From: Verrucomicrobiota bacterium
Lineage (GTDB): Bacteria > Verrucomicrobiota > Verrucomicrobiia > Limisphaerales > UBA1096
DNA: 43,268 nucleotides
Assembly: GCA_018674955.1 (NCBI GenBank)
Contig: JABGZB010000140.1
Location: forward strand, 1 to 43,268
Reading direction: 5' to 3'
Part shown: piece after piece, positions 28,875-37,151 of the stretch
Position numbering within the stretch: the first letter of the stretch is position 1
How the letters are laid out: every line of letters begins with the position of its first letter
Position numbers and translations under genes: made by a program
The notes under the pieces: generated by a model
What the model saw: the letters and a program-made list of their open reading frames with translations, nothing else
What the model was told of the DNA's origin: nothing
The model's database searches: none

Positions 28875-31861
28875 AAAGAGTTGTCCCGATTGCATCCGCT
28901 TGGTCGTTGTTCACCGTGCTACAACCGGCTAGCCTTGGGCAAAATTCCCTGTCTGTCTCCACGCCCGAGGCCGACAACTCAGTGAAAGCTGAACTGGCTT
29001 CGTTTGCGGTGGACAAGGAGTTACAGGTCAACTTATTCGCCGATGAATCGATGGGCATAGCCAATCCCGTTTGCATGCGGTGGGACGCGCGCGGGCGGTT
29101 GTGGGTGCTGTGCACGTGGGCGTATCCTCAGCTCAAACCGGGCGTAAAGCCGAATGACAAGCTACTCATTCTCGAAGACACCAACGGCGACGCGAAGGCG
29201 GATGAAGTTTTCACCTACACCGATGGACTCAATATGCCCACCGGGTTTGCGCTCGGCCATGGCGGCGCGTACATCGGCAACGGGCGCGAGTTGCTGCACG
29301 TGCGCGATACGACCGGCGACGGCAAAGCGGACAAACGCGTAGTGCTTTTCAGCGGCTTTGGGACGGGCGACACTCATCAAACAATCAACTCCTTCGCGTG
29401 GAGTCCCGGCGGCGAATTGTTTTTCAGCCAAGGGCTGCACTGCTTCTCGCGTGTGCAAACGCCGTGGGGCATTCGCAAGCTGGACGAGCACGGCTCATGG
29501 CGACTGCGACCGCTGCGCCGCCAACTGCACGCGCACCGGCGCACCTCCGGTGGCGGCAATCCGTGGGGGTTTGCGTTTGGGGATTGGGGCGAGCCGTTTA
29601 TTAAAAGCAACGGCCCGGGCGTCAGCGAACTGCTGCCGGGGATGGTGGCCAGCGAACAAATCGTGGGCGATTACTGGGGCGGTGCGGTGCAAATTGGCGC
29701 CACGAAAATTAAATCGATGATTATCGAAATTGTCGACACGCCGGTGTTGCCCAAGGATTTTCAGGGAGACTTCTTGATTGCCGGTTATTTTGCGCGCAAC
29801 ATCGCCCGGCTCCGCCCCACCGTGAACGGCGCAGGCCACAAGCTGCAAACGCTAGCGCCCGTTCTCACTTCCACCCACAACGCCTTTCGCCCCGTGGACC
29901 TCAACACCGGCCCGGATGGTGCGCTGTACGTTGCCGACTGGTTTAACCCCATCATCGGCCATTACCAAGCCTCGCTGCGACATCCGGATCGCGACAAAAA
30001 GCACGGCCGCATTTGGCGCATCACGACCAAGGGCCAGCCGCTGCTCAAGCCGCCGGCGTTGGACAAAATGAATGCCGCGCAATTATGTAATCAACTTTCC
30101 GCGCCCCTGCGTCGCACGCGCAAACTGGCCAAGCTGCGCCTGATGGATTTGCCGAAGGCCAAGGCCATAGCCGCCACGCAACAATGGGTCGACGCGCTGA
30201 AGCCCACCGACCCCGCGCTCGAAACCAAACTATTCGAAGCCATCGGCGTGTTTGAATCGCACGAAGTGGTGGACCGCCCCTTGCTCGAGCGCTTGCTCAC
30301 CTCGAAGGATTACCGTGCGCGCGCTTATGCCACGCGAGTGGTTGGGCGCTGGCACGACCGTTTAAAAAATCCGCTTGCACTTTTGCGCCGCAGCGCGACC
30401 GATGAACATTCGCGCGTGCGACTGGAAGCAATCGTGGCCGCGAGCGATGTGCGTGAGGCGGAATCCATCGCCATCGCCGCGCAAGCCGCCGATGGCTCGG
30501 CGGATCGCTTTATCACCTTCGCCTTCAAAAACGCCGTCCACGCCCTCGCCAGCGAATGGAAGCCCGCGTTATTGGCGGGCAAACTGGATTTTGCCAAACC
30601 GGCGCATCTGTTAAGCGTCGTGCGCGAAGGCGGCGGCAACGAAGTCGCCAGCGTGGTGCGCAAAAAACTGGCCGACCCCGCGCTGTCCACTGCTCACAAA
30701 CTTATTCTCGCGGAATTGCTCGCCCAGATCGGCAACAGCGCCGATGCCGCGCTGGCGCTGGAGTTGGCTTCAATCCATCCAACCATCCTGCACGCGTTGG
30801 TGAACGCCGCCCGCGAACGCAATTTGCAAGCACCCGCCAATGCGGCGGAATTACTCAGCGTGCCATTGAAGACTACCGCGACACGCGCCGGAGCGGTCCA
30901 ATTAATTGGCGCGTGGAAACTTAACGCGCATGCGGAGTCCATCCGCGCGTTGGCCACCGGCCAAACGGAACCGCTCGCCGTGCGGGTGGCCGCTGCAGTG
31001 GCGTTGGGGCAGTTGAAAATCCCGCAGGCGCTGGAAACGCTGGCGTCGTTGGTGACGGTGAATGGCGCAGCGGATTTGCGCGTGGCGGCCTTGGGCAGTT
31101 TGGCCAAGCACGACGTGGCTCGCGCGGCGCAATTGACGGCGCGGCTGTCAGGCCAAGTGAAGCCGGATGAATTGGGGCCGGTCTTGGCCGCGTTGTTGCA
31201 ACGCAACGCCGGCGCGGATGCGATGGCTCGCGCGCTTGGCCAAGCGGAGGTTTCGGCGGATACCGCGAAGTTGATACTGCGCTGGCTCAACGCGGCAGGG
31301 CGAGCAGAGCCAAAGTTAAACTTAGTTTTAAATAAACTCATCGGCGTGCAATCGGTCACACCGGTTTACAGTGCGGACTTTGTGGGAGCGTTGGTCAAGG
31401 AAGCACTGGCGAAGGGTGATGCGGTGAATGGCAAAAAGGTTTTCCAACTGCCGCTGGCCAGTTGCACGGCGTGCCACGCGGTGGACGGCGTGCGCGGTGC
31501 GGTGACTTCGGTGAAAGGCCCGAACCTCTCGGCAGTGGCGGCGGGGTTGCCGATGGATCTTTTGGTGGAAAGCGTGCTGTGGCCCGCACGGCAAATCAAG
31601 GAAGGTTACGACGCCACCACGGTGATCACGAAAGACGGCCGCGTGCTGAGCGGCTTCGCCCACAGCGAAGACAAAACCGTTCTTCGCGTGCGCGACCTGG
31701 CCACCGGCAAAATCGCACCCGTTCAAACCGCCAACATCAAGCAACGCACCCGCAACGGCACCGTGATGCCTCCGGGCCTTACCGCCAGCCTCACACGCGC
31801 TGAACTGCGCGATCTCATTAAATATTTATCCACCCTGAAAACCACCGGCGAACTGAAGTGA
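28862..31861 (+). CDS. Secreted 'membrane-bound dehydrogenase'-type beta-propeller + HEAT repeats + C-terminal c-type cytochrome (CxxCH)
   Basis: The track ORF starts at 28301, but that part overlaps the nitroreductase out of frame. ATG at 28862 gives the signal peptide MVSLKRVVPIASAWSLFTVLQPASLG. The propeller region (LWVLCTWAYPQ, ILEDTNGDAKADE, DTTGDGKADK, FAWSPGGELFF) is paralogous to the 4910..8236 protein. HEAT-like repeats are present (DEHSRVRLEAIVAAS). The heme motif CTACH is at 31463..31477. Confidence 0.82.
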   Translation: MVSLKRVVPIASAWSLFTVLQPASLGQNSLSVSTPEADNSVKAELASFAVDKELQVNLFADESMGIANPVCMRWDARGRLWVLCTWAYPQLKPGVKPNDKLLILEDTNGDAKADEVFTYTDGLNMPTGFALGHGGAYIGNGRELLHVRDTTGDGKADKRVVLFSGFGTGDTHQTINSFAWSPGGELFFSQGLHCFSRVQTPWGIRKLDEHGSWRLRPLRRQLHAHRRTSGGGNPWGFAFGDWGEPFIKSNGPGVSELLPGMVASEQIVGDYWGGAVQIGATKIKSMIIEIVDTPVLPKDFQGDFLIAGYFARNIARLRPTVNGAGHKLQTLAPVLTSTHNAFRPVDLNTGPDGALYVADWFNPIIGHYQASLRHPDRDKKHGRIWRITTKGQPLLKPPALDKMNAAQLCNQLSAPLRRTRKLAKLRLMDLPKAKAIAATQQWVDALKPTDPALETKLFEAIGVFESHEVVDRPLLERLLTSKDYRARAYATRVVGRWHDRLKNPLALLRRSATDEHSRVRLEAIVAASDVREAESIAIAAQAADGSADRFITFAFKNAVHALASEWKPALLAGKLDFAKPAHLLSVVREGGGNEVASVVRKKLADPALSTAHKLILAELLAQIGNSADAALALELASIHPTILHALVNAARERNLQAPANAAELLSVPLKTTATRAGAVQLIGAWKLNAHAESIRALATGQTEPLAVRVAAAVALGQLKIPQALETLASLVTVNGAADLRVAALGSLAKHDVARAAQLTARLSGQVKPDELGPVLAALLQRNAGADAMARALGQAEVSADTAKLILRWLNAAGRAEPKLNLVLNKLIGVQSVTPVYSADFVGALVKEALAKGDAVNGKKVFQLPLASCTACHAVDGVRGAVTSVKGPNLSAVAAGLPMDLLVESVLWPARQIKEGYDATTVITKDGRVLSGFAHSEDKTVLRVRDLATGKIAPVQTANIKQRTRNGTVMPPGLTASLTRAELRDLIKYLSTLKTTGELK

Positions 31862-31894
31862 CGCCTGGCTAAAAACTTTGCTAATAAAAAAGAA

Positions 31895-33082
31895 ATGAAA
31901 GACAGAAGTCCTTTTACCTTCGGATTGATTGCAACATTGTTAGCCCTGAACACAACGACTCTGCCTCGCGCGAATGAGTTGCCTTTCGAGTTGCTGAAGA
32001 CCCCCGCTACAAAAGGATCGATGGCACCCAATCTGTGTTCGTTTGGCGATCACTTTGCTCTGAGTTGGATTGACCGCAAAAGCAAAGGCGCGACGAGCGT
32101 GCGCATTGCCGGTTGGAACGGCAACGCCTTTGGCGAAGCGAGCACGGTCGCGACATCCAAGCAGATGTTTGCCAACTGGGCTGACATTCCGTCGGTCATC
32201 GAGGCTCCGTCGGGTGCTCTCTATGCGCACTGGCTCGATCGCATCAGCGGCGAAACCTACGCCTACGGCATCCGCATAGTGCGCTCGACTGACCGCGGCA
32301 ATAGCTGGAACCCGATGGGCTGGCTGCACAACGATACCAGCCCGACGGAGCACGGTTTTGCTTCCTTCATCCCTGAAGGCAAACGGGTGCGCGCCTTCTG
32401 GCTGGACGGCCGTGCGATGTTGAAAGAGGGCGGCAAGATGATGCTGCGCACCGCCATCCTCGACGGCGAGAAAATCAAGGACGAGCGCGTTCTCGATGAC
32501 GACGTCTGCACCTGCTGCCCCACCTCGGCCGCGCAAATGGCCACCGGCCCGATGGTCGTTTATCGCGATCGCTCGCCCAAGGAAATCCGCGACATCGGCT
32601 TCACACACAGGAATGATGCCGGATGGAGCAAGCCGTCAACCGTTCACACGGACAATTGGTTCTTTCCCGGCTGCCCAGTCAACGGTCCGAGCATCGCCTC
32701 TCACGGGAATCTCGTCGCCATCAGCCGTTTCACAGTCACTAACAACAAGGCGCAGGTGATTCTTCGATTATCGAAAAGCGGCAAAATGAAATTTGGAAAA
32801 GAAATCGTGCTCGACCAAGACAGTCCCGTCGGACGCTGCGCCACCGTCTTCACCAAGGATGCGGTGTTCACTGTGTGGATTGGCCGCGAAGGAAAGCAAA
32901 CCGCGCTTCAAATGGCACAGGTTTCCCCAGGCGGAATAATCGAGCGGCGAACAACGCTCGCACCCATCAACAGCAACCGCTCCAGCGGCATGCCCCGCGC
33001 CGTCGTCAGCGGTGGTTATTTATGGGTCACTTGGACCGGCGAGAACCGCGTGCGCTTGGGCCGTTTGAAAATCGGAGCTTAA
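31895..33082 (+). CDS. BNR/Asp-box (sialidase-like beta-propeller) protein
   Basis: 395-aa ORF with a signal peptide. The Asp-box is STDRGNSW (S-x-D-x-G-x-x-W). The overall composition is typical of PVC 'sialidase family' proteins. No canonical FRIP motif was seen; SVRIAGW occupies the corresponding N-terminal region. Confidence 0.65.
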   Translation: MKDRSPFTFGLIATLLALNTTTLPRANELPFELLKTPATKGSMAPNLCSFGDHFALSWIDRKSKGATSVRIAGWNGNAFGEASTVATSKQMFANWADIPSVIEAPSGALYAHWLDRISGETYAYGIRIVRSTDRGNSWNPMGWLHNDTSPTEHGFASFIPEGKRVRAFWLDGRAMLKEGGKMMLRTAILDGEKIKDERVLDDDVCTCCPTSAAQMATGPMVVYRDRSPKEIRDIGFTHRNDAGWSKPSTVHTDNWFFPGCPVNGPSIASHGNLVAISRFTVTNNKAQVILRLSKSGKMKFGKEIVLDQDSPVGRCATVFTKDAVFTVWIGREGKQTALQMAQVSPGGIIERRTTLAPINSNRSSGMPRAVVSGGYLWVTWTGENRVRLGRLKIGA

Positions 33083-33083
33083 A

Positions 33084-34634
33084 ATGTTCAGAAAACTATT
33101 AATCACATGGGCCGTCAGTATCTCGATGCTCTTCACGGCCGGTCTCGCGTTCGCAGGAGAAGGAACTGGCACTCCGAACATCCTCGTGATTCTGGCCGAT
33201 GATTTGGGTTACGGCGACGTCGGTTGCTACAACCCGGAATCCAAAGTGCCCACACCGAATTTGGATCGCTTGGCCAAGGATGGGATGCGCTTTACCGACG
33301 CGCACAGTCCGTCGACGGTGTGCACGCCCACGCGTTACAGCCTGCTCACGGGACGGATGGCGTTTCGTACGGGGATGCGCGGTGTTTTCACCGGTGCGGG
33401 CGGCCCATGCATGATTGAGAAAGGACGCCTATCAATTGGCGGCATGCTGAAAAACCAAGGCTACACCACCGCGCTCTTCGGTAAATGGCACGTGGGCATG
33501 ACCTTCTTTGACAAGGAGGGCACACCCATCAACCAAAATGGCCTACCCGCAGTGAAACGAATCGATTACAGCCGGGCCATTCCCGATGCACCTATCCACC
33601 GAGGCTTCGATTATTTCTTCGGGACCGTGTGCTGTCCCACCACCGACTGGCTCTACGCCTTTGTTGATGGAGATCGTATACCCGTGCCTCCCACTCACAT
33701 TGTCGATCGCACGCCACTCCCGAAGCATCCTTACTCAAACGACAACCGCCCGGGCATGATTGCGCCGGGCTTTGATCTGGAGGAAGTGGACATGGTTTTC
33801 CTCGAGCGGAGCCTGAAGTTTCTGGATAACCACGCCAAGCAATCGCCCAAGAAACCGTTCTTTCTCTTTCACTCCATGCAGGCTGTGCATCTGCCCTCAT
33901 TCCCCGGCGATGCCTTCAAGGGCAAAACCAAGGCGGGACCACACGGCGATTTTATTTTCGAAATGGACTTTGTAGTGGGTGAACTCATGAAGTCGCTTAA
34001 AAAACATGGTATGGCAGACAACACACTGGTCATCTTCACGAGTGACAACGGCCCTGAAGTGCCAACCTCCATTTCCATGCGGCATGATCACAACCACAAC
34101 GGTGCCCGCCCATGGCGTGGCGTAAAGCGCGATCAGTGGGAAGGCGGTCACCGCGTTCCTTTTATCGCCCGTTGGCCCGGCAAGATCAAACCCGACAGCA
34201 CGTCTGACCAGACTATTTGCCTCACGGACATCATGGCCACAGCCGCCGCAATCACCGGCGCGAAAATTCCCAATAACACCGCCGAAGACAGCTACAATAT
34301 TTTATCCGCGCTTCTTGGCAAAGACACCAAACCCATTCGTAACTATACCTTGCACCAAACTATCAGCCTCGCCATGGCCATTCGGCGCGGCCAATGGAAG
34401 TACCTCGATCACAAAGGCTCCGGCGGCAACAACTATGGCCGCGAAGGCAGATGGGGCATGAAACAATACGCATTACCCGAGAAATCTCCGAACGCTCCCG
34501 GCCAATTGTATGATCTGGCAAATGATCCGGGCGAAACCACCAATCTTTACTTCAAGTATCCCGAGATTGTTAGGGAACTAAAAGAGAAGCTGAATGAGTT
34601 CAAAAAAAACGGTCGCAGCGCTCCAAAACGATGA
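33084..34634 (+). CDS. Sulfatase (Cys-type)
   Basis: 516-aa ORF that starts 1 nt after the preceding stop, with a signal peptide. Motifs: PNILVILADDLGYGDVGCYN, TVCTPTRYSLLTGRMAFR, TSDNGP, WEGGHRVPFIARWPG. Confidence 0.93.
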   Translation: MFRKLLITWAVSISMLFTAGLAFAGEGTGTPNILVILADDLGYGDVGCYNPESKVPTPNLDRLAKDGMRFTDAHSPSTVCTPTRYSLLTGRMAFRTGMRGVFTGAGGPCMIEKGRLSIGGMLKNQGYTTALFGKWHVGMTFFDKEGTPINQNGLPAVKRIDYSRAIPDAPIHRGFDYFFGTVCCPTTDWLYAFVDGDRIPVPPTHIVDRTPLPKHPYSNDNRPGMIAPGFDLEEVDMVFLERSLKFLDNHAKQSPKKPFFLFHSMQAVHLPSFPGDAFKGKTKAGPHGDFIFEMDFVVGELMKSLKKHGMADNTLVIFTSDNGPEVPTSISMRHDHNHNGARPWRGVKRDQWEGGHRVPFIARWPGKIKPDSTSDQTICLTDIMATAAAITGAKIPNNTAEDSYNILSALLGKDTKPIRNYTLHQTISLAMAIRRGQWKYLDHKGSGGNNYGREGRWGMKQYALPEKSPNAPGQLYDLANDPGETTNLYFKYPEIVRELKEKLNEFKKNGRSAPKR

Positions 34635-34656
34635 TTGTTGCTTCAAGTTTTTGACC

Positions 34657-36870
34657 ATGGCAAAAATGAAAAAACGATTCACCCACACCCTCTGTTTATT
34701 TGCTCTCGCAACTTCCTCCACGGGACAAGCCACAACGCCGCGTGTGGATGACACATTTTTCACCGGCAATGACCTAAATGATTGGTCGACTTCGCAGCCG
34801 AAATATTGGTCGGTGAAAGGTGGTATGATTGTCGGGCACTCGGCGGCAAAGGTGCCGAAGAATGAATTCCTTTGGTCGGACGTGACGGTGAAGGATTTTT
34901 ATTTATCGGTGGACGTGAAGCTCACACCGGACAACCGCAATGCGGGCATTCAGTTTCGCTCGAAGAAGGTGGATGCCGACGGGCAGGCGCTTGGTTATCA
35001 GGCCGATGTGGGCGCGGGCGTATGGGGCAAACTCTACCACGAACACGGACGCGGCAAATTGGACTGGAACGATCGGGCCGCCAAGGCCGTTAAACGAGAT
35101 GACTGGAACCGCTACGAAATACTGGCGGTCGGGCACAAGATTTGGACGGCCATCAACGGCACCCTGTGCGTCGCGTTAGAAGATCCCAAAGGCGAGTTGT
35201 CCGGAAAAATAGCTTTCCAGGTTCATTCCGGTCCGCCGCAAACCGTGCATTACCGCCCGGTAAAACTCGTCCACGACCCCAAGCTCGAACTGGCCGGCCT
35301 AAACAAAAAGCAACTACTCGAGGCGTTAGCAAAAAAGGTAGTCAAAGAAGGCAAACCGCAGCCCAAACCGGGCTGGACTCCACAAGTGACCGCGTGGCGC
35401 GCGAAGCTTGATTCCAACGATCCCGGCATGATTGGCAAATGGTTCGCGACCGTGTTTGACGATACCAAGTGGAAGACGATGAAGCTTCCGGCTTTCTACG
35501 AGACCGAGGGACTGCCTGGTCACGACGGCACTGTGTGGTTTCGGCGGGATGTTGAGATTCCCGACGCGCACGCCGGAAAACCGCGCACGCTCGAACTTGG
35601 GGCGATTGATGACATGGACATGACCTGGTTCAATGGCATACAGGTCGGCGGCATCGAGGATCCAGGCTACTGGACTGCGCCCCGTAAATACACTGTGCCT
35701 GGAAAACTCGTGAAAACCGGTCGCAACGTCATCACGGTGCGGGTCATCGATCATGGCTGGAGCGGTGGAATGAACGGACCGGCGGCTAGCATGAAATTGA
35801 CGAAACAGGGGGAGAAACCCATCGCCTTGACTGGCGAGTGGCGGTATAGCCCGGGCATCACGCTGAAAGCGCTCGGGCTCGGGGCACTAGCCAATCCCAC
35901 GCCATCCAGTCCGAAACCGCCTCTACCACCCGCTCCAGCATTGATCCGGCCCTTGGCCAAGCCGGCCAAGCCGTTTCCGGGGTTCCGTAACGGATTCGAA
36001 ATCGACGGCGACGCCAACATTGTGATCGTCGGCTCTACCAACGCCGCCGAGAGTCAGCGGTACGGCTATCTCGAGACGCTGCTGACTGCTGGCAATCCTA
36101 CTCAGCGCCTGGCTATTCGTAATATGGCTTGGCCAGCTGACACGGTTTACCGACAGCAACGGCCGCGTAATTTTTTTGGAATCGTCAAACCAAGCTACGG
36201 CGAGGCGGATCGCCGCAAACCACTCCCCGCGAACATCGTGTTTCTCTGGCTTGGCCAAGCGGAGTCACTCGATGGCGACGCCAAGCTGAACGACTTCGCA
36301 AGAGCATACGAGCAAACCATCGAGCAACTTACCAGCCGAACCAGCCGCTTGGTTTTGCTCACGCCGGTGCCGTTTGCTGATCCGCTTGGCCTTAGCTTTG
36401 ATGTTGAAGGTCGTAACGCCCATCTCCAGCAATATGCCGCCGCCATCCGTCGGCTTGGCCAAGCGCGCAAATTGCCGGTTGTCGATCTCACCACAGCCCT
36501 GCTTGGCCAAACGGCCACGCGCGACGGTGTCACGCTTTCGCAAAACGGCCAATGGCTCGCCGCAAAAACCATCGCCACGCAACTTGGCCTGAATTCCAGT
36601 ATCAGCATTGCGCCGACCGGCGAACTGTTTCCGGTTCCCGCCGAGGAATTGCGGCAGGCTGTCCTTCAAAAAAACAGGTTGTGGCAGCAGTTCTGGCTGC
36701 CGACCAATTGGGCCTTCCTCTACGGCAACCGTCAACAAACCGCCAGCAGCCGCGACCACCGTGACGCCGGCTTCCGTTGGTTCCCCGAGGAGGTGCAGTC
36801 CATTGTTCCGCAACTGGAACAGATGGACAGTCTGATTCAGGCAAAAGCCCGGCAGGTCATCCGGAAATAA
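34657..36870 (+). CDS. Secreted fusion: DUF1080 (3-keto-disaccharide hydrolase-type) + sialate-O-acetylesterase-type beta-sandwich + SGNH-like domain
   Basis: Met at 34657 (MAKMKKRFTHTLCLFALATSSTGQA) is preferred over the track start 34594, which overlaps the previous gene. DUF1080-like blocks are NDLNDWS, NAGIQFRS, GYQADVG, WNRYEILAVGHKIWTAINGT and IAFQVHSG. The middle region KWKTMKLPAFYETEGLPGHDGTVWFRRDVEIP...LELGAIDDMDMTWFNGIQVGG...GRNVITVRVIDHG matches the beta-sandwich seen in sialate O-acetylesterases. The C-terminal region IVIVGSTNAAESQRYGYLETLL is paralogous to the N-terminal domain of the 4910..8236 protein. Confidence 0.75.
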   Translation: MAKMKKRFTHTLCLFALATSSTGQATTPRVDDTFFTGNDLNDWSTSQPKYWSVKGGMIVGHSAAKVPKNEFLWSDVTVKDFYLSVDVKLTPDNRNAGIQFRSKKVDADGQALGYQADVGAGVWGKLYHEHGRGKLDWNDRAAKAVKRDDWNRYEILAVGHKIWTAINGTLCVALEDPKGELSGKIAFQVHSGPPQTVHYRPVKLVHDPKLELAGLNKKQLLEALAKKVVKEGKPQPKPGWTPQVTAWRAKLDSNDPGMIGKWFATVFDDTKWKTMKLPAFYETEGLPGHDGTVWFRRDVEIPDAHAGKPRTLELGAIDDMDMTWFNGIQVGGIEDPGYWTAPRKYTVPGKLVKTGRNVITVRVIDHGWSGGMNGPAASMKLTKQGEKPIALTGEWRYSPGITLKALGLGALANPTPSSPKPPLPPAPALIRPLAKPAKPFPGFRNGFEIDGDANIVIVGSTNAAESQRYGYLETLLTAGNPTQRLAIRNMAWPADTVYRQQRPRNFFGIVKPSYGEADRRKPLPANIVFLWLGQAESLDGDAKLNDFARAYEQTIEQLTSRTSRLVLLTPVPFADPLGLSFDVEGRNAHLQQYAAAIRRLGQARKLPVVDLTTALLGQTATRDGVTLSQNGQWLAAKTIATQLGLNSSISIAPTGELFPVPAEELRQAVLQKNRLWQQFWLPTNWAFLYGNRQQTASSRDHRDAGFRWFPEEVQSIVPQLEQMDSLIQAKARQVIRK

Positions 36871-37079
36871 ACGAGGCCGCCCAAGTGGGTCAAGCGGCAC
36901 GACAGAGAAGGAGGTCAGGTACGGGTTTCGGTCACCCCCCCCGATTCACACGACCATCATTGTTGCCAGAAGACCAGTATATGCAACGCCGCAGGTACTA
37001 AAATCGAATAATGGCCAAGGCGATTCGCAGCCAAACCCATAACCTCAAGGAGCGCGCACAGACATCAACTATCTAGCTT

Positions 37080-37117
37080 ACTAAATAAAAAGAGGCCGGG
37101 CACTTGGCCCGGCCTCT
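37080..37117 (-). terminator. Rho-independent terminator for the giant minus-strand gene, possibly bidirectional
   Basis: A perfect 11-bp GC-rich stem AGAGGCCGGGC / GCCCGGCCTCT (37091..37117) has a 5-nt loop. On the minus strand it is followed by CTTTTTATTT. It lies 35 nt downstream of the stop at 37152. On the plus strand it is followed by a weaker T-rich tract. Confidence 0.8.
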
Positions 37118-37151
37118 GGTGTGTGTTCTCTTCTTTGGTTAATCAACCAAA

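Larger units (their letters stand above)
1746..36510. repeat. Dispersed highly iterated palindrome TTGGCCAA (extended consensus GCTTGGCCAAGC)
   Basis: The hand count gives 24 exact TTGGCCAA sites, starting at 1746, 3236, 5357, 5387, 5464, 8392, 12004, 13708, 17330, 20529, 22344, 23629, 23770, 24046, 24850, 27022, 27466, 31100, 31236, 33270, 35953, 36251, 36455 and 36503. Perfect 12-mers GCTTGGCCAAGC lie at 5355, 27020, 31234, 36249 and 36453. There are none from 36511 to 43268. Confidence 0.8.
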
